Below, one piece after another: positions 21,748-31,662 of a stretch of DNA of 64,000 nucleotides (position 1 is its first letter; the number at the start of each line of letters is the position of its first letter). A program made the translations under genes and the position numbers. The stretch covers positions 1-64,000 of the forward strand of contig CAVYAN010000021.1 of assembly GCA_963766075.1 (NCBI GenBank), given 5' to 3'. The notes beneath the pieces are model-generated. The model saw only the letters and a program-made list of their open reading frames with translations, did no database searches and was not told where the DNA came from. The DNA is from an uncultured cyanobacterium. GTDB lineage: Bacteria; Cyanobacteriota; Cyanobacteriia; Leptolyngbyales; Leptolyngbyaceae.

Positions 21748-23076
21748 CTAAAAAACGGTGCCGTCGCTGCTGATCTGGAGGGGCGGGGTCCCGTTGGGGC
21801 GGCGTAGGGCCGCGATTTTGCGTCCGGCAGTCCAGGTGCCGCCTTGCAGCACTTTGACTAGGGGTAAGGTTTCGGCGGTGAGGTGAAGCTGCTGGCGCAG
21901 GGTTTGGGCGATGTGATCGAGCAGGATGACGGTGAGGGCGCGCCATTCGACGATCAGCTCTGCACTGGGGGCATGGGCGATCGCCCCCAGACTCGGATCC
22001 TTAAGCTGGAGCAGGCCCAAATCTAGGCAAAGCCCACCGTTGCGATATTCGGGCAACCCGGTTAGCTCATCCAAATGGGTGATGGTGATCCCCAGGGTTT
22101 GCAGCGGCTCCAGGAGCGAGTAAGTCAGCCATTGCGAGAGCTTATGGAACGGGACGAGGGTTTCGGCGAGGGGCAGATCGGGGCGATCGCCCGCCAAGGC
22201 CGAATGCACCCACACATCGCCCAAGTTGACACCAGCCAAGGTGAGTCGTCCCGGCCAAATGTCGCTGAGTCCTTCCAGAACAGCCTGCAATACCCGGTTG
22301 GCAGGGAGGTGGTTGTCGGGGGTTGTCCCCAGCAGGTGGTTGACGAGGTAGCCGGGTCGAGCCTGTTGCGCCCCGACCGATGGCTCTCCCAACGGTTGCC
22401 CACCCGCTGGTTGCCCATCTACGGGTTGCTCATCTGCGGGTTGCCCACCAAATAAATGGGGATGGCGGGGTAGGGTGCGTCCCAGGTGCTGCAAGAGTTG
22501 AACGCGCCCGGAAAGTCCCACGAGGGGATTGGTCGGGGTAACTTGAAACCCCGCCGCCAGAGTCGCCACACTGAGATGTTGCAGGGCGATCGCATTCACC
22601 TGGAGAGGGGCCGCAGGATCACTGGAAAACAAGCCTTGGCAAAACATATGGAAGCTCGCCACGGCTAAGCCTTCGGAACGCTGAAAGACTTCGCCACTGC
22701 CCGGTTCTCGGTAGGACCAATCCGGCCCTGCCCCCGCATCTAACAAAACACTCACCACAGCCAAATCCACCTGCGCCTGCGCCCGTTCCAGCGCCGACAG
22801 GTGGGCCAACTTTGCCTCAAGGGCCTGCATTCGAGGCGTTTGCCCCACTTCAAAGTGCCGCCAACGGCTGTGGAATGGCACATCCAACGTGGGATAGGAC
22901 TCTCGGGTGACGTGCAGAACATACTCTGCGGCGGTGTTTAACTGGCCAAGATCACAGCGAAAGTGGGGCAGCTTGTCCGCACAGGCCAGGTCAAATAGCG
23001 GTTGACAGCGATCGCGAATGGCGCGGGGAGAACGGAGATAGGCGATCGTGGCGGTTTCAGAGGCATCAGAGGGCAT
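21748..23076 (-). CDS. URC4/urg3-family protein (DUF1688)
   Basis: [52 protein letters not shown] and SDGTVF. Confidence 0.92.
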   Translation of the reverse strand: MPSDASETATIAYLRSPRAIRDRCQPLFDLACADKLPHFRCDLGQLNTAAEYVLHVTRESYPTLDVPFHSRWRHFEVGQTPRMQALEAKLAHLSALERAQAQVDLAVVSVLLDAGAGPDWSYREPGSGEVFQRSEGLAVASFHMFCQGLFSSDPAAPLQVNAIALQHLSVATLAAGFQVTPTNPLVGLSGRVQLLQHLGRTLPRHPHLFGGQPADEQPVDGQPAGGQPLGEPSVGAQQARPGYLVNHLLGTTPDNHLPANRVLQAVLEGLSDIWPGRLTLAGVNLGDVWVHSALAGDRPDLPLAETLVPFHKLSQWLTYSLLEPLQTLGITITHLDELTGLPEYRNGGLCLDLGLLQLKDPSLGAIAHAPSAELIVEWRALTVILLDHIAQTLRQQLHLTAETLPLVKVLQGGTWTAGRKIAALRRPNGTPPLQISSDGTVF

Positions 23077-23382
23077 GGTCAGATAAAGGTTCTGAAAAGG
23101 TTCTGGGTAGAGATAAAGGTTTTAGATAAATCGGATGAAGGGCTGCGGCAGCGGCGAGGTTTTGGTGGATAATGCGATGTGATGAAAATCAACATATGTA
23201 CATTATCGTTAACTGTTAATTTTTAATCCCCTAGTAGTTACTAATGGTTAATTCTCCCGAAGATGTCGCAAAATAATTTTATTTACTCAATATTTAGCCT
23301 GACGTCCGAGCTGGAGGGATGTTTAGCATCCTTGTAGAGCGCTTTGGCTGGTTTTGCCCTTTCCTATGCTGAGGTATTGTCA

Positions 23383-24006
23383 ATGGTTGAATGGATTACA
23401 GGCATCATGAACTCTCTGGGCTACTGGGGGGTGGGGTTTTTGATGTTCTTGGAAAATCTGTTTCCCCCCATTCCCTCAGAGTTGATTATGCCTCTCGCGG
23501 GATTCATGGTCTCCAAAGGGGAGTGGAATTTCGGTCTTGCGGTCTTTGCGGGCGTGGTCGGCACTATTTTGGGGGCGCTGCCCTGGTATTACGCGGGCAA
23601 ACTGGTCGGAGAGTCTCGCTTGCGGCAATTGGCGGACAAATATGGCAAGTGGATCACAATTTCCGGTAAAGATATTGACAAGGCCAATGATTGGTTCACG
23701 CGGCATGGCGGTATGGCGGTGTTGCTGTGTCGATTGGTGCCCGGTGTGCGGACAATTATTTCTCTGCCTGCGGGTATTAATGCCATGCCCCTTTTCCCCT
23801 TCCTGCTCTATTCCACGATTGGGACAACGGCATGGGTGCTCCTGCTGACCGGATTGGGCTACCTGTTGGGAGATCATTACGACAAGGTTGATGAGTATCT
23901 CGGTCCTGTTTCTAAGCTAGTGGCCCTGGGTCTACTGAGCGCGTTTGCCGTATTTGTGATTAAGCGGCAGCGATCGCGGCGGCAGCGGCAGGGACCCAAG
24001 TACTAA
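23383..24006 (+). CDS. DedA-family membrane protein
   Basis: LENLFPPIPSELIMPLAGF and RLVPGVRTIISLPAG. Confidence 0.93.
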   Translation: MVEWITGIMNSLGYWGVGFLMFLENLFPPIPSELIMPLAGFMVSKGEWNFGLAVFAGVVGTILGALPWYYAGKLVGESRLRQLADKYGKWITISGKDIDKANDWFTRHGGMAVLLCRLVPGVRTIISLPAGINAMPLFPFLLYSTIGTTAWVLLLTGLGYLLGDHYDKVDEYLGPVSKLVALGLLSAFAVFVIKRQRSRRQRQGPKY

Positions 24007-24229
24007 CCCAAATCCTAAAATCCTTCGGCAAATTATCCCCGTTGGCGATGCGCATTCCGCGCCAACGCTCCTTCTAGCCAGTGCGTTCGACATTTGTGAC
24101 AGCACTCCGTCACAAAGACGCGCTGTTACAAGGACGCGCTTTTCTGGGACAGCAGCGGCTCAATACACCACTCTGCCAGATAATTTTTCATTCTTGCCCC
24201 GTTCCCTAATTCCTCCTTGGAGATGCCCT

Positions 24230-24850
24230 ATGAATCTAGACGTCAGTACCTTGCGCCATGTTTTGGAGCAATTTGGGTTTTGGGGTGGGCATTTGGCCAT
24301 TTGGGCGGTGATATTTGCCGAGTCGGGTTTATTGATTGGCTTTTTTCTGCCGGGGGATAGTCTGTTATTCACGGCTGGGTTTTTAGCCTCACAGAATATT
24401 TTGAGTATTCAACTGTTGATGGTTGGCGCTTTTATCTGTGCCGTTGTAGGGGATAATGTGGGCTATGCGATTGGGCACAAGCTCGGTCGCCGCTTGTTCC
24501 AGAAACCCGATTCTCGGTTTTTCCATCGGAAACATTTGGTCAAAACCCAAAAGTTTTACGACAAGCATGGCAAAAAAACCATCGTTTTGGCTCGGTTCAC
24601 GCCGATTGTCCGCACTTTTGCGCCGGTTGTCGCGGGCATTGGCGAAATGCACCACCCCACTTTTTTGGCTTACAACATTGCGGGCGGGGCGCTCTGGACC
24701 TTTGGGCTAACGCTGCTGGGCTATTTTCTGGGAAGATGGATCCCGGATGTAGATAAGTATTTATTGCCAATAATTGCCTTAATTGTGGCTGTTTCACTGG
24801 CTCCATCGATCTTTCACCTTTATCAAGAGCGCAAATCAGGCAGACATTGA
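24230..24850 (+). CDS. DedA-family membrane protein
   Basis: FAESGLLIGFFLPGDSLLFTAG and ARFTPIVRTFAPVVAG. Confidence 0.93.
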   Translation: MNLDVSTLRHVLEQFGFWGGHLAIWAVIFAESGLLIGFFLPGDSLLFTAGFLASQNILSIQLLMVGAFICAVVGDNVGYAIGHKLGRRLFQKPDSRFFHRKHLVKTQKFYDKHGKKTIVLARFTPIVRTFAPVVAGIGEMHHPTFLAYNIAGGALWTFGLTLLGYFLGRWIPDVDKYLLPIIALIVAVSLAPSIFHLYQERKSGRH

Positions 24851-26574
24851 ACGCACGCGATCGCTACTGGCAACTTCTTCCCCACCTTCGCCCCCAAAGC
24901 CGTACCATCGTCCAAGCGCTGGTCTGTACGCTGGTATTTATCGCGATGTCGCCGCTGTTGGCCTGGATTGTCGGGGGTATGGCCAATTTGATTGCCCAAG
25001 GGGATATCTTACAGATCGCCCGTCTGGCAGGGTTCACCACGCTGGTATTCCTGGTCCAGAAGGTGGCGCAGTATGGCCAGGATGCCCTAATGGCCAAAGC
25101 GGCGTTGGCGATCGCCCTCGATATTCGTAAGCGGGTCTATGCCCATCTACAGCGCCTCAGCCTCAGCTACTTTGAATCCTCCAAAAGCGGTGATCTCTCC
25201 TATCGCCTCACCGAAGATGTGGATCGGATTGGCGAGGTCGTTCACAAAACGTTTCATGATACGGTGCCCTGTGTTTTGGAGCTGGTGGCGCTGTTGGCCT
25301 ACATGGTCTATCTCAACTGGCAGTTGACCTTAGCGACCTTCATCGTGGCCCCGTTGATGGGACTGCTGACCAGTTGGTTTGGCGAACAACTCTTGACCTA
25401 TTCCCGCAAGAGCCAAAATCGCGTGTCGGATCTGTCCGCGCGGCTCATTGAAGACTTCAGCGGCATTCGGTTGATCCAAGCTTTTGCCGCTGAGGACTAT
25501 GCCTTTGAGCGGTTTTCTCAGGAAGCGGAGCGCAACCGACGGGCCAAATATCGCACCGAGCACTTGAAGGCGATTCAGTTTCCGGTGGTGGGCTTCTTGG
25601 AAGCGGTCGCGATTCTGTTTTTGCTGTTTTTGGGGGGGTGGCAAATCTCCCAGGGCAACCTGACCAGCAGCGAATTTGTCAGCTATTTGGCGGCGGTGGC
25701 CCTACTGATTCAGCCCATTTCTCACTTGACGAATAATTATGGCGAATTCAAACAGGCAGAGGCGTCTATTGATCGGGCCTTTGAGCTTTTGGATGTGCAG
25801 CCGACGGTCATTGAGCAACCCAATGCCGCTGCACTACCGCCCGTGAGTGGCAAAGTGGAATACCACCATGTTGCCTTTGCCTATCGCCCCGATCGCCCCG
25901 TGATTCAGGATTTGAGTTTGCTGGCAATGCCGGGAGAGGCGATCGCCCTCGTGGGTTCTTCTGGGGCGGGTAAAACCACACTGGTCAACCTGCTGACGCG
26001 GTTCTACGATCCCGATGCCGGAACCATCTACATTGATGGCATCGACATTCGCCAAGTCAGCCTCAAAAGTCTACGGCGGCAAATTGGTACCGTGCCCCAG
26101 GAAACCATTCTGTTTTCCGGCACGATCGCCGAAAATATTGCCTTTGGACAGGCCCATTGCGATCTGGAAGCTGTGCAAAAAGCGGCGCGGATTGCCAATG
26201 CCCATCAGTTTATTGAAACCTTTCCCCAGGGCTATCAAACCTGGGTGGGGGAACGGGGCGTCAATCTTTCGGGCGGCCAGCGGCAACGGTTGGCGATCGC
26301 CCGAGCCGTTCTCCTCAATCCGCGTATTTTGATTCTGGACGAAGCCACGTCTTCTCTGGATTCCGAATCGGAAGCGTTGGTCCAGGAAGCAATCGAACGC
26401 TTGATGCAGGATCGCACGGTGTTCATCATTGCCCACCGACTGGCGACAGTTCGCCGCGCCCATCGCATCCTCGTGCTGGAACAGGGGCAAGTTGTCGAAT
26501 CCGGCACCCATGGGGAACTGTTGGACAAAGGCGGACGCTATGCGGGCTTTTACGCGCAACAGTTTCAAAGTTAA
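24847..26574 (+). CDS. ABC transporter permease/ATPase fusion (MsbA-like)
   Basis: TM domain plus GSSGAGKT, LSGGQRQR and ILILDEATS. Confidence 0.95.
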   Translation: MNARDRYWQLLPHLRPQSRTIVQALVCTLVFIAMSPLLAWIVGGMANLIAQGDILQIARLAGFTTLVFLVQKVAQYGQDALMAKAALAIALDIRKRVYAHLQRLSLSYFESSKSGDLSYRLTEDVDRIGEVVHKTFHDTVPCVLELVALLAYMVYLNWQLTLATFIVAPLMGLLTSWFGEQLLTYSRKSQNRVSDLSARLIEDFSGIRLIQAFAAEDYAFERFSQEAERNRRAKYRTEHLKAIQFPVVGFLEAVAILFLLFLGGWQISQGNLTSSEFVSYLAAVALLIQPISHLTNNYGEFKQAEASIDRAFELLDVQPTVIEQPNAAALPPVSGKVEYHHVAFAYRPDRPVIQDLSLLAMPGEAIALVGSSGAGKTTLVNLLTRFYDPDAGTIYIDGIDIRQVSLKSLRRQIGTVPQETILFSGTIAENIAFGQAHCDLEAVQKAARIANAHQFIETFPQGYQTWVGERGVNLSGGQRQRLAIARAVLLNPRILILDEATSSLDSESEALVQEAIERLMQDRTVFIIAHRLATVRRAHRILVLEQGQVVESGTHGELLDKGGRYAGFYAQQFQS

Positions 26575-26618
26575 CCCTTCCCCCCCACCCCCCTGAGCCA
26601 CTATCCTTACTCATACAG

Positions 26619-26692
26619 ATTTTAGATTTGGATTTTGGATTGCATCTAAAATCCAAAATCTAAAATCCAAAATCTAAAATCCAAAATTTAGA
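26619..26692. repeat. Cyanobacterial heptamer short tandem repeats (AAAATCC/T), in inverted arrangement
   Basis: TTTTAGATTTGGATTTTGGATT...AAAATCCAAAATCTAAAATCC. Confidence 0.85.
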
Positions 26693-26719
26693 ATCCAGCC
26701 CCCTTTCCTCAGACAGACG

Positions 26720-28090
26720 ATGCAGATTTCTAAGCCGTTCTCGAAAATCCTGATTGCCAATCGTGGCGAAATTGCGCTGCGGATCATTCGCACCTGTGAA
26801 GAACTGGGCATTGCTACCGTTGCGGTCCACTCGACGATTGATCGCAACTCCCTGCATGTGCAATTGGCGGACGAAGCGGTGTGCATTGGTGAACCCGCTA
26901 GCAGTAAGAGCTATCTCAATATTCCCAACATTATTGCGGCGGCCTTGACCCGTAACGCTACAGCGATCCATCCCGGTTACGGTTTTTTGGCGGAAAATGC
27001 GCGCTTTGCGGAGATCTGTGCGGATCATCAAATCGTTTTTATTGGGCCTTCGCCGGATTCGATGCGATCGATGGGTGATAAATCGACAGCAAAAGAAACC
27101 ATGCAGCGCGTCGGGGTGCCGACGGTGCCTGGGAGTCCCGGCCTGCTGACGGATGCCCTGGAAGCGCGGGACTACGCCCGCAAAATTGGCTACCCGGTAA
27201 TTATCAAAGCGACGGCGGGCGGCGGGGGCCGGGGCATGCGTTTGGTCTGGACCGAGGAGGACCTGGACAAGTCCTTTATGGCGGCCCAGGGCGAGGCTGA
27301 GGCGGCCTTTGGCAATGCTGGGGTGTATTTGGAAAAATTTGTGCAGAATCCGCGTCACATTGAGTTCCAAATTTTAGCGGATACCTATGGCAATGTGATT
27401 CACTTGGGGGAACGGGAATGCTCGATCCAGCGCCGCCATCAAAAGTTGCTGGAGGAAGCCCCCAGTCCGGCTCTGACCCCGGAGTTACGGCAGAAAATGG
27501 GCAATGCTGCTGTGATGGCGGCCCAGTCGATTAATTATGTGGGGGCAGGGACAGTGGAGTTTTTGCTGGACCAGTCCGGTGACTTCTACTTTATGGAAAT
27601 GAACACGCGGATTCAGGTGGAGCATCCGGTGACGGAAATGATTACGGGTATGGATCTGATCGCGGAGCAAATCCGCATTGCCCAAGGCGAAAAGTTGGGC
27701 ATTACCCAAGATCAGGTGCTGCTGCGGGGCCATGCGATTGAATGCCGGATTAATGCGGAGGACCCAGAGCATAATTTCCGCCCCAGTCCGGGTCGGATTA
27801 GCGGCTACCTGCCCCCCAGTGGGCCTGGTGTGCGGATGGATTCCCATGTCTATACGGACTATGACATTCCGCCCTATTACGATTCGCTGATTGGCAAATT
27901 GATTGTGTGGGGGACCGATCGCCAATCGGCGATTAAGCGGATGCGCCGTGCTTTGGGCGAATGTGCGGTTACAGGGTTGCCGACTACCATTGCCTTTCAC
28001 CAACGCATTCTCGATACTCCGGAATTTCAGCGGGGTGAGGTCTACACGAATTTTGTGGAAAAAGTAATGCTGGCTAAAAAGAAAGCTTAG
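26720..28090 (+). CDS. accC: Acetyl-CoA carboxylase biotin carboxylase
   Basis: [29 protein letters not shown] and [14 protein letters not shown]. Confidence 0.97.
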   Translation: MQISKPFSKILIANRGEIALRIIRTCEELGIATVAVHSTIDRNSLHVQLADEAVCIGEPASSKSYLNIPNIIAAALTRNATAIHPGYGFLAENARFAEICADHQIVFIGPSPDSMRSMGDKSTAKETMQRVGVPTVPGSPGLLTDALEARDYARKIGYPVIIKATAGGGGRGMRLVWTEEDLDKSFMAAQGEAEAAFGNAGVYLEKFVQNPRHIEFQILADTYGNVIHLGERECSIQRRHQKLLEEAPSPALTPELRQKMGNAAVMAAQSINYVGAGTVEFLLDQSGDFYFMEMNTRIQVEHPVTEMITGMDLIAEQIRIAQGEKLGITQDQVLLRGHAIECRINAEDPEHNFRPSPGRISGYLPPSGPGVRMDSHVYTDYDIPPYYDSLIGKLIVWGTDRQSAIKRMRRALGECAVTGLPTTIAFHQRILDTPEFQRGEVYTNFVEKVMLAKKKA

Positions 28091-28163
28091 AAGATTTCCG
28101 ACAAATAATAGACCTGCTGGCTACTCTGCGGGGAGCCAGCCACGGCTCCGCTCCGCCAGCAAG

Positions 28164-28230
28164 AGATTGCTCCCTGAGCGCAGTCGAAGGGAGCGTAGTC
28201 GAAGGGAGCGCAGTCGAAGGGAGCAATCTC
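28164..28230. repeat. REP-like element with 15-bp tandem core (GAGCGCAGTCGAAGG x3) inside the inverted repeat GAGATTGCTCCCT/AGGGAGCAATCTC
   Basis: Seen directly, between the convergent accC and nuclease genes. Confidence 0.75.
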
Positions 28231-28342
28231 AGTCGGTATAATTTTCCTGAAAGCTGCCTAAGATGGCGCACCGTTATTGGCGCGACTATTGGCGCGACAA
28301 CAGTTTGAGAGAAGCAAGGGAGAAAAAGCGAGGAGGGAAAAG

Positions 28343-30235
28343 CTAGAGGGTGAATTCTATGCTGCCTTCATCCTCGCCCTCGGACAGTTCTTGTTTCAGC
28401 CGCTCTAAGGTTGTCGCGTCGGGCACCGCTGTGCCTACCGTGGTGGCAAACTGCTGACACTGAACCGCATCATCAAAAAAGCTCCAATCCATCTTCAGGA
28501 TTTGTTTCACATATTCCTCAACAAAAACCTGTTCCGCCTCCGCTGGATGGGGCGATCGCAGTGCATGAATGGGTTGACCGACCTGGATCGCCGGGTTATT
28601 TTGTTCATCCCAGAAATAGCCCGCATTTCGCAGCAACAGCAGGACGCCATTAATCTGATTTTTTGAAATCCCGACGCGCTCAGCCAACAGGCTCTTTAAA
28701 GTCACAAAATTGAGGTTTTCTCGGGGGCGATCGGAGCCAAACAGTGCGGCTAGGTTCTGCCATACTGCTGCTCGCTGCGACGTGATGGGGCGGAATTTCG
28801 ACTTCACCTGATTCAGCACCTTGACGGCAGTTTCGCTTTCCACCTTCGCTTCTGCTACTGTGTCCAGTTCTTCACTCGTCTCAACGAGGGGGGCTTCCAT
28901 GGACTGGAGGGCCGTTTCCAATGCTGCCACCAACTGGGCACTGGCCGTCATCGTAATCGTTTCCATACGGGGCTTTTGCAGCTCAATATCAGCGGCATAA
29001 TCCTCTAGGACTACGAAAATGGCGCAGGGCTTAGCGAGATTCAGCTTCTCCGCATACTGGGCAAATTTTCTGGCGTCTTCCTGTTTATACTGTCCTGACT
29101 TGCATTCGATGCAAATGGGTTGCCCTTCGATCAGGAACACCATGTCCAATTCCGCTTCGGTTTTACCCGTCAGGGGAGCGAGAATTTTGGCATTGAGCAA
29201 ACAAGCATGGTCCAATCCCTTTTCAGTCAACGTTTGGGCCATTTTTTGATAGACAAACCGTTCAAACCATTTGCCATCGAGGAAACCCCGTAAAACGGCA
29301 TCTTCTGCCAGTTTGCCCTTGAGAAATTTGCGTCCGGGGCGAGGCCGAAAGTCGCCTTCGGCGAGGAAGGCCCGTTGCAGTTCAGCACAGAATTTGGTGC
29401 CGATCCGAAAGTCTAGATCATTCCGAAATACAAACTCAAAGATATTTCGCTGGCTGTCATCGGCCTGATGCATGGCGCGCTTCATGGCCGCGTGAAAATC
29501 CTTCAGGACGGCATAATGGTCCCCAAGATAGAGGGCGAGCCGGTTGTAGTGATCATCGACATGTTGGATGGGTGGGGGTGGCGGGGCAATGCGAAGCTGG
29601 CGGCGCTCCAACCAGTCGATCACGATCTCCTGCTGTTTAGAGCCAAACTGTTCGATGACGAGGGATTTTTTGATGGGTCTGGGCGTGCCTGTGGTGAAAT
29701 GAGTCCGTGACTCAGGTGCGGTTCGTGGGTTTGGCAGGGGTGGAGTATGGCTCGCGGGGCGTTGATGCTCGCGATCGCGCAATTCTTGGACGGGTTGCGG
29801 CAGGGTGCGTTGGGCCGTAGCCCAGTTCCGCTCTAGGAGACGGGTGCGATCGCGGGTCTCCTGCCATTGAACCTTCAGTTGAGAATGCTCCTGATTCAAT
29901 TCCGTTTGGGATTGTTCGAGGTGGTTCAGCCGTTGGCCCAGGAGTTGCGCCGTCTGATTCAATTTGCCAGATTGGATCTGTCGGGAAGTATTCACCTGGT
30001 CTTGCAGTTGCGATCGCAGTTCCTGGCGCAGCATTGCTTGGGTTTGACTGTGCCGCTGCCGAATCCAGAACACCATCCCAGTGGCACTCAGGGCCGCAGT
30101 CCCCCCATTGATCCCGATGGTTTTGATGTCAGTCGGTTTTATGCACGCGGTACTCAGGAGGGTTAGTAAGGTAGCAGCCCCCACAAATATCCCATCGGTG
30201 CGCCACAGGCGTCTCTGCATGACTTTACGCTCCAC
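28343..30235 (-). CDS. Membrane-anchored protein with a Card1-like (DUF1887-type) PD-(D/E)xK nuclease domain
   Basis: Two N-terminal hydrophobic segments, a coiled coil and a Pro-rich linker precede GKWFERFVY...ELDMVF...IECKSG. Confidence 0.7.
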   Translation of the reverse strand: MERKVMQRRLWRTDGIFVGAATLLTLLSTACIKPTDIKTIGINGGTAALSATGMVFWIRQRHSQTQAMLRQELRSQLQDQVNTSRQIQSGKLNQTAQLLGQRLNHLEQSQTELNQEHSQLKVQWQETRDRTRLLERNWATAQRTLPQPVQELRDREHQRPASHTPPLPNPRTAPESRTHFTTGTPRPIKKSLVIEQFGSKQQEIVIDWLERRQLRIAPPPPPIQHVDDHYNRLALYLGDHYAVLKDFHAAMKRAMHQADDSQRNIFEFVFRNDLDFRIGTKFCAELQRAFLAEGDFRPRPGRKFLKGKLAEDAVLRGFLDGKWFERFVYQKMAQTLTEKGLDHACLLNAKILAPLTGKTEAELDMVFLIEGQPICIECKSGQYKQEDARKFAQYAEKLNLAKPCAIFVVLEDYAADIELQKPRMETITMTASAQLVAALETALQSMEAPLVETSEELDTVAEAKVESETAVKVLNQVKSKFRPITSQRAAVWQNLAALFGSDRPRENLNFVTLKSLLAERVGISKNQINGVLLLLRNAGYFWDEQNNPAIQVGQPIHALRSPHPAEAEQVFVEEYVKQILKMDWSFFDDAVQCQQFATTVGTAVPDATTLERLKQELSEGEDEGSIEFTL

Positions 30236-30871
30236 AACGTTATCAAGAGGATCAAACCGTTAGCACTACAGGTTTAGCACGGTACTTTTGGCACGATACT
30301 TTTGGCACGGTACCAATGTCATGCTCGCTACAGAATTGAGTAGGCGACAGGGGCGAGCACCCATTTCAGGATAACTACCGCAGGTGACCCTCTGATTCCG
30401 GATGGTTAAAGAATTTTTGCGATCGCAGGCTCGGGCCAGTCCCCTTAACCATTTCTCTAGAATGGCCGCAACCCTCACTGGCGCTCAATTTTTTCCTGAT
30501 AGTTACAAGGGAGTCACTGCGTTACTACCTTGTGGATAACAGAAGGATCTGTAGGATAGAGAGAGAACTGAATCTGCCGATCACGATAGGGATGCAAAAA
30601 ATCTGTTTGTAGCAATCTCATCTGATTTATGAGTGCATTCAGGCTGGAGGCCCGGATATACCTAAATACATTTCTTATGATTCACATTAGTTGATTATTT
30701 ATTGGAACTTAGTCGTTGGCAACAACCCTATTTAATCAGTATATTTTGGTTCTTATTGCAATTCTATTTGTGATGCAATTTTACTTATAAATTAATTTTA
30801 TTTCTGTTCACTGTTATTTCCAGCGCAATTTCATCATTCGATTACGATCCCATAGCGATAGGAGTCACAGG

Positions 30872-31501
30872 ATGAATCCCCAATTCTTGCAACCCAGTCT
30901 CGATCTACTGCAAATTCCTGTGGGGCATCTTAACCTGATGGGCTATGTTGATGAATCGGAGGTCAATGGGCCGGGTTGCCGTGCCGTTGTTTGGGTGCAG
31001 GGCTGTTTGCGGCATTGTCCCCACTGCTTCAATCCAGACTCCTGGTCGTTTGAAATCAATCAACTGGTTTCGGTGGAGTCCCTCGCCCACCAAATTCTGA
31101 GCAACCCTCGGAATACGGGCGTTACCTTTTCTGGGGGTGAGCCGTTTTGGCAAGCTCCGGCCCTGACCCAACTGGCGCGTCTGGTGAAAGCCGCAGGACT
31201 GAATGTGATGGCGTTTACTGGGTTTACGCTAGAACAGTTACGCGATCGCTACGGGCCATCTGGGGCTACCGAATTACTCCAAGAGTTGGATCTTTTGATT
31301 GATGGTCCCTATATGGAATCCCTGGCTGTGCATTCTCCGAACTTTCCCGTGTCATCCAGTAATCAACGACTGCACATTTTTAATCCGCAATTACAGGATC
31401 AAATTACCTGGGCGAGTGATCAAATCGAGGTCCATGTGCTGAAAAATGGCGATCGCCTAATCACGGGATACCGCAGATACACGGTGGATAGCACCATTTA
31501 A
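30872..31501 (+). CDS. NrdG-like radical SAM (4Fe-4S) protein
   Basis: NGPGCRAVVWVQGC-LRH-C-PH-C, GVTFSGGEPF, DLLIDGPY and SSNQR. Confidence 0.9.
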   Translation: MNPQFLQPSLDLLQIPVGHLNLMGYVDESEVNGPGCRAVVWVQGCLRHCPHCFNPDSWSFEINQLVSVESLAHQILSNPRNTGVTFSGGEPFWQAPALTQLARLVKAAGLNVMAFTGFTLEQLRDRYGPSGATELLQELDLLIDGPYMESLAVHSPNFPVSSSNQRLHIFNPQLQDQITWASDQIEVHVLKNGDRLITGYRRYTVDSTI

Positions 31502-31662
31502 AACAGAACCAGTCAACAGAACTAGTAAAACAACAGAACCAGCCAACAGAACTAGTAAAACAGAACCAATCCGCAGAATCTGTGGATTGGCTTGCCCTGT
31601 TCCCCAAAGAATGGGATGGGCTTTACTACAACAAGGCCCAATCTAAGTTTGCATTTCCCAGT

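Noticed and set aside
24096..24115. CRP-like site TGTGA...TCACA
   Set aside because: The spacer is 10 bp rather than 6, so it is more likely a simple hairpin.
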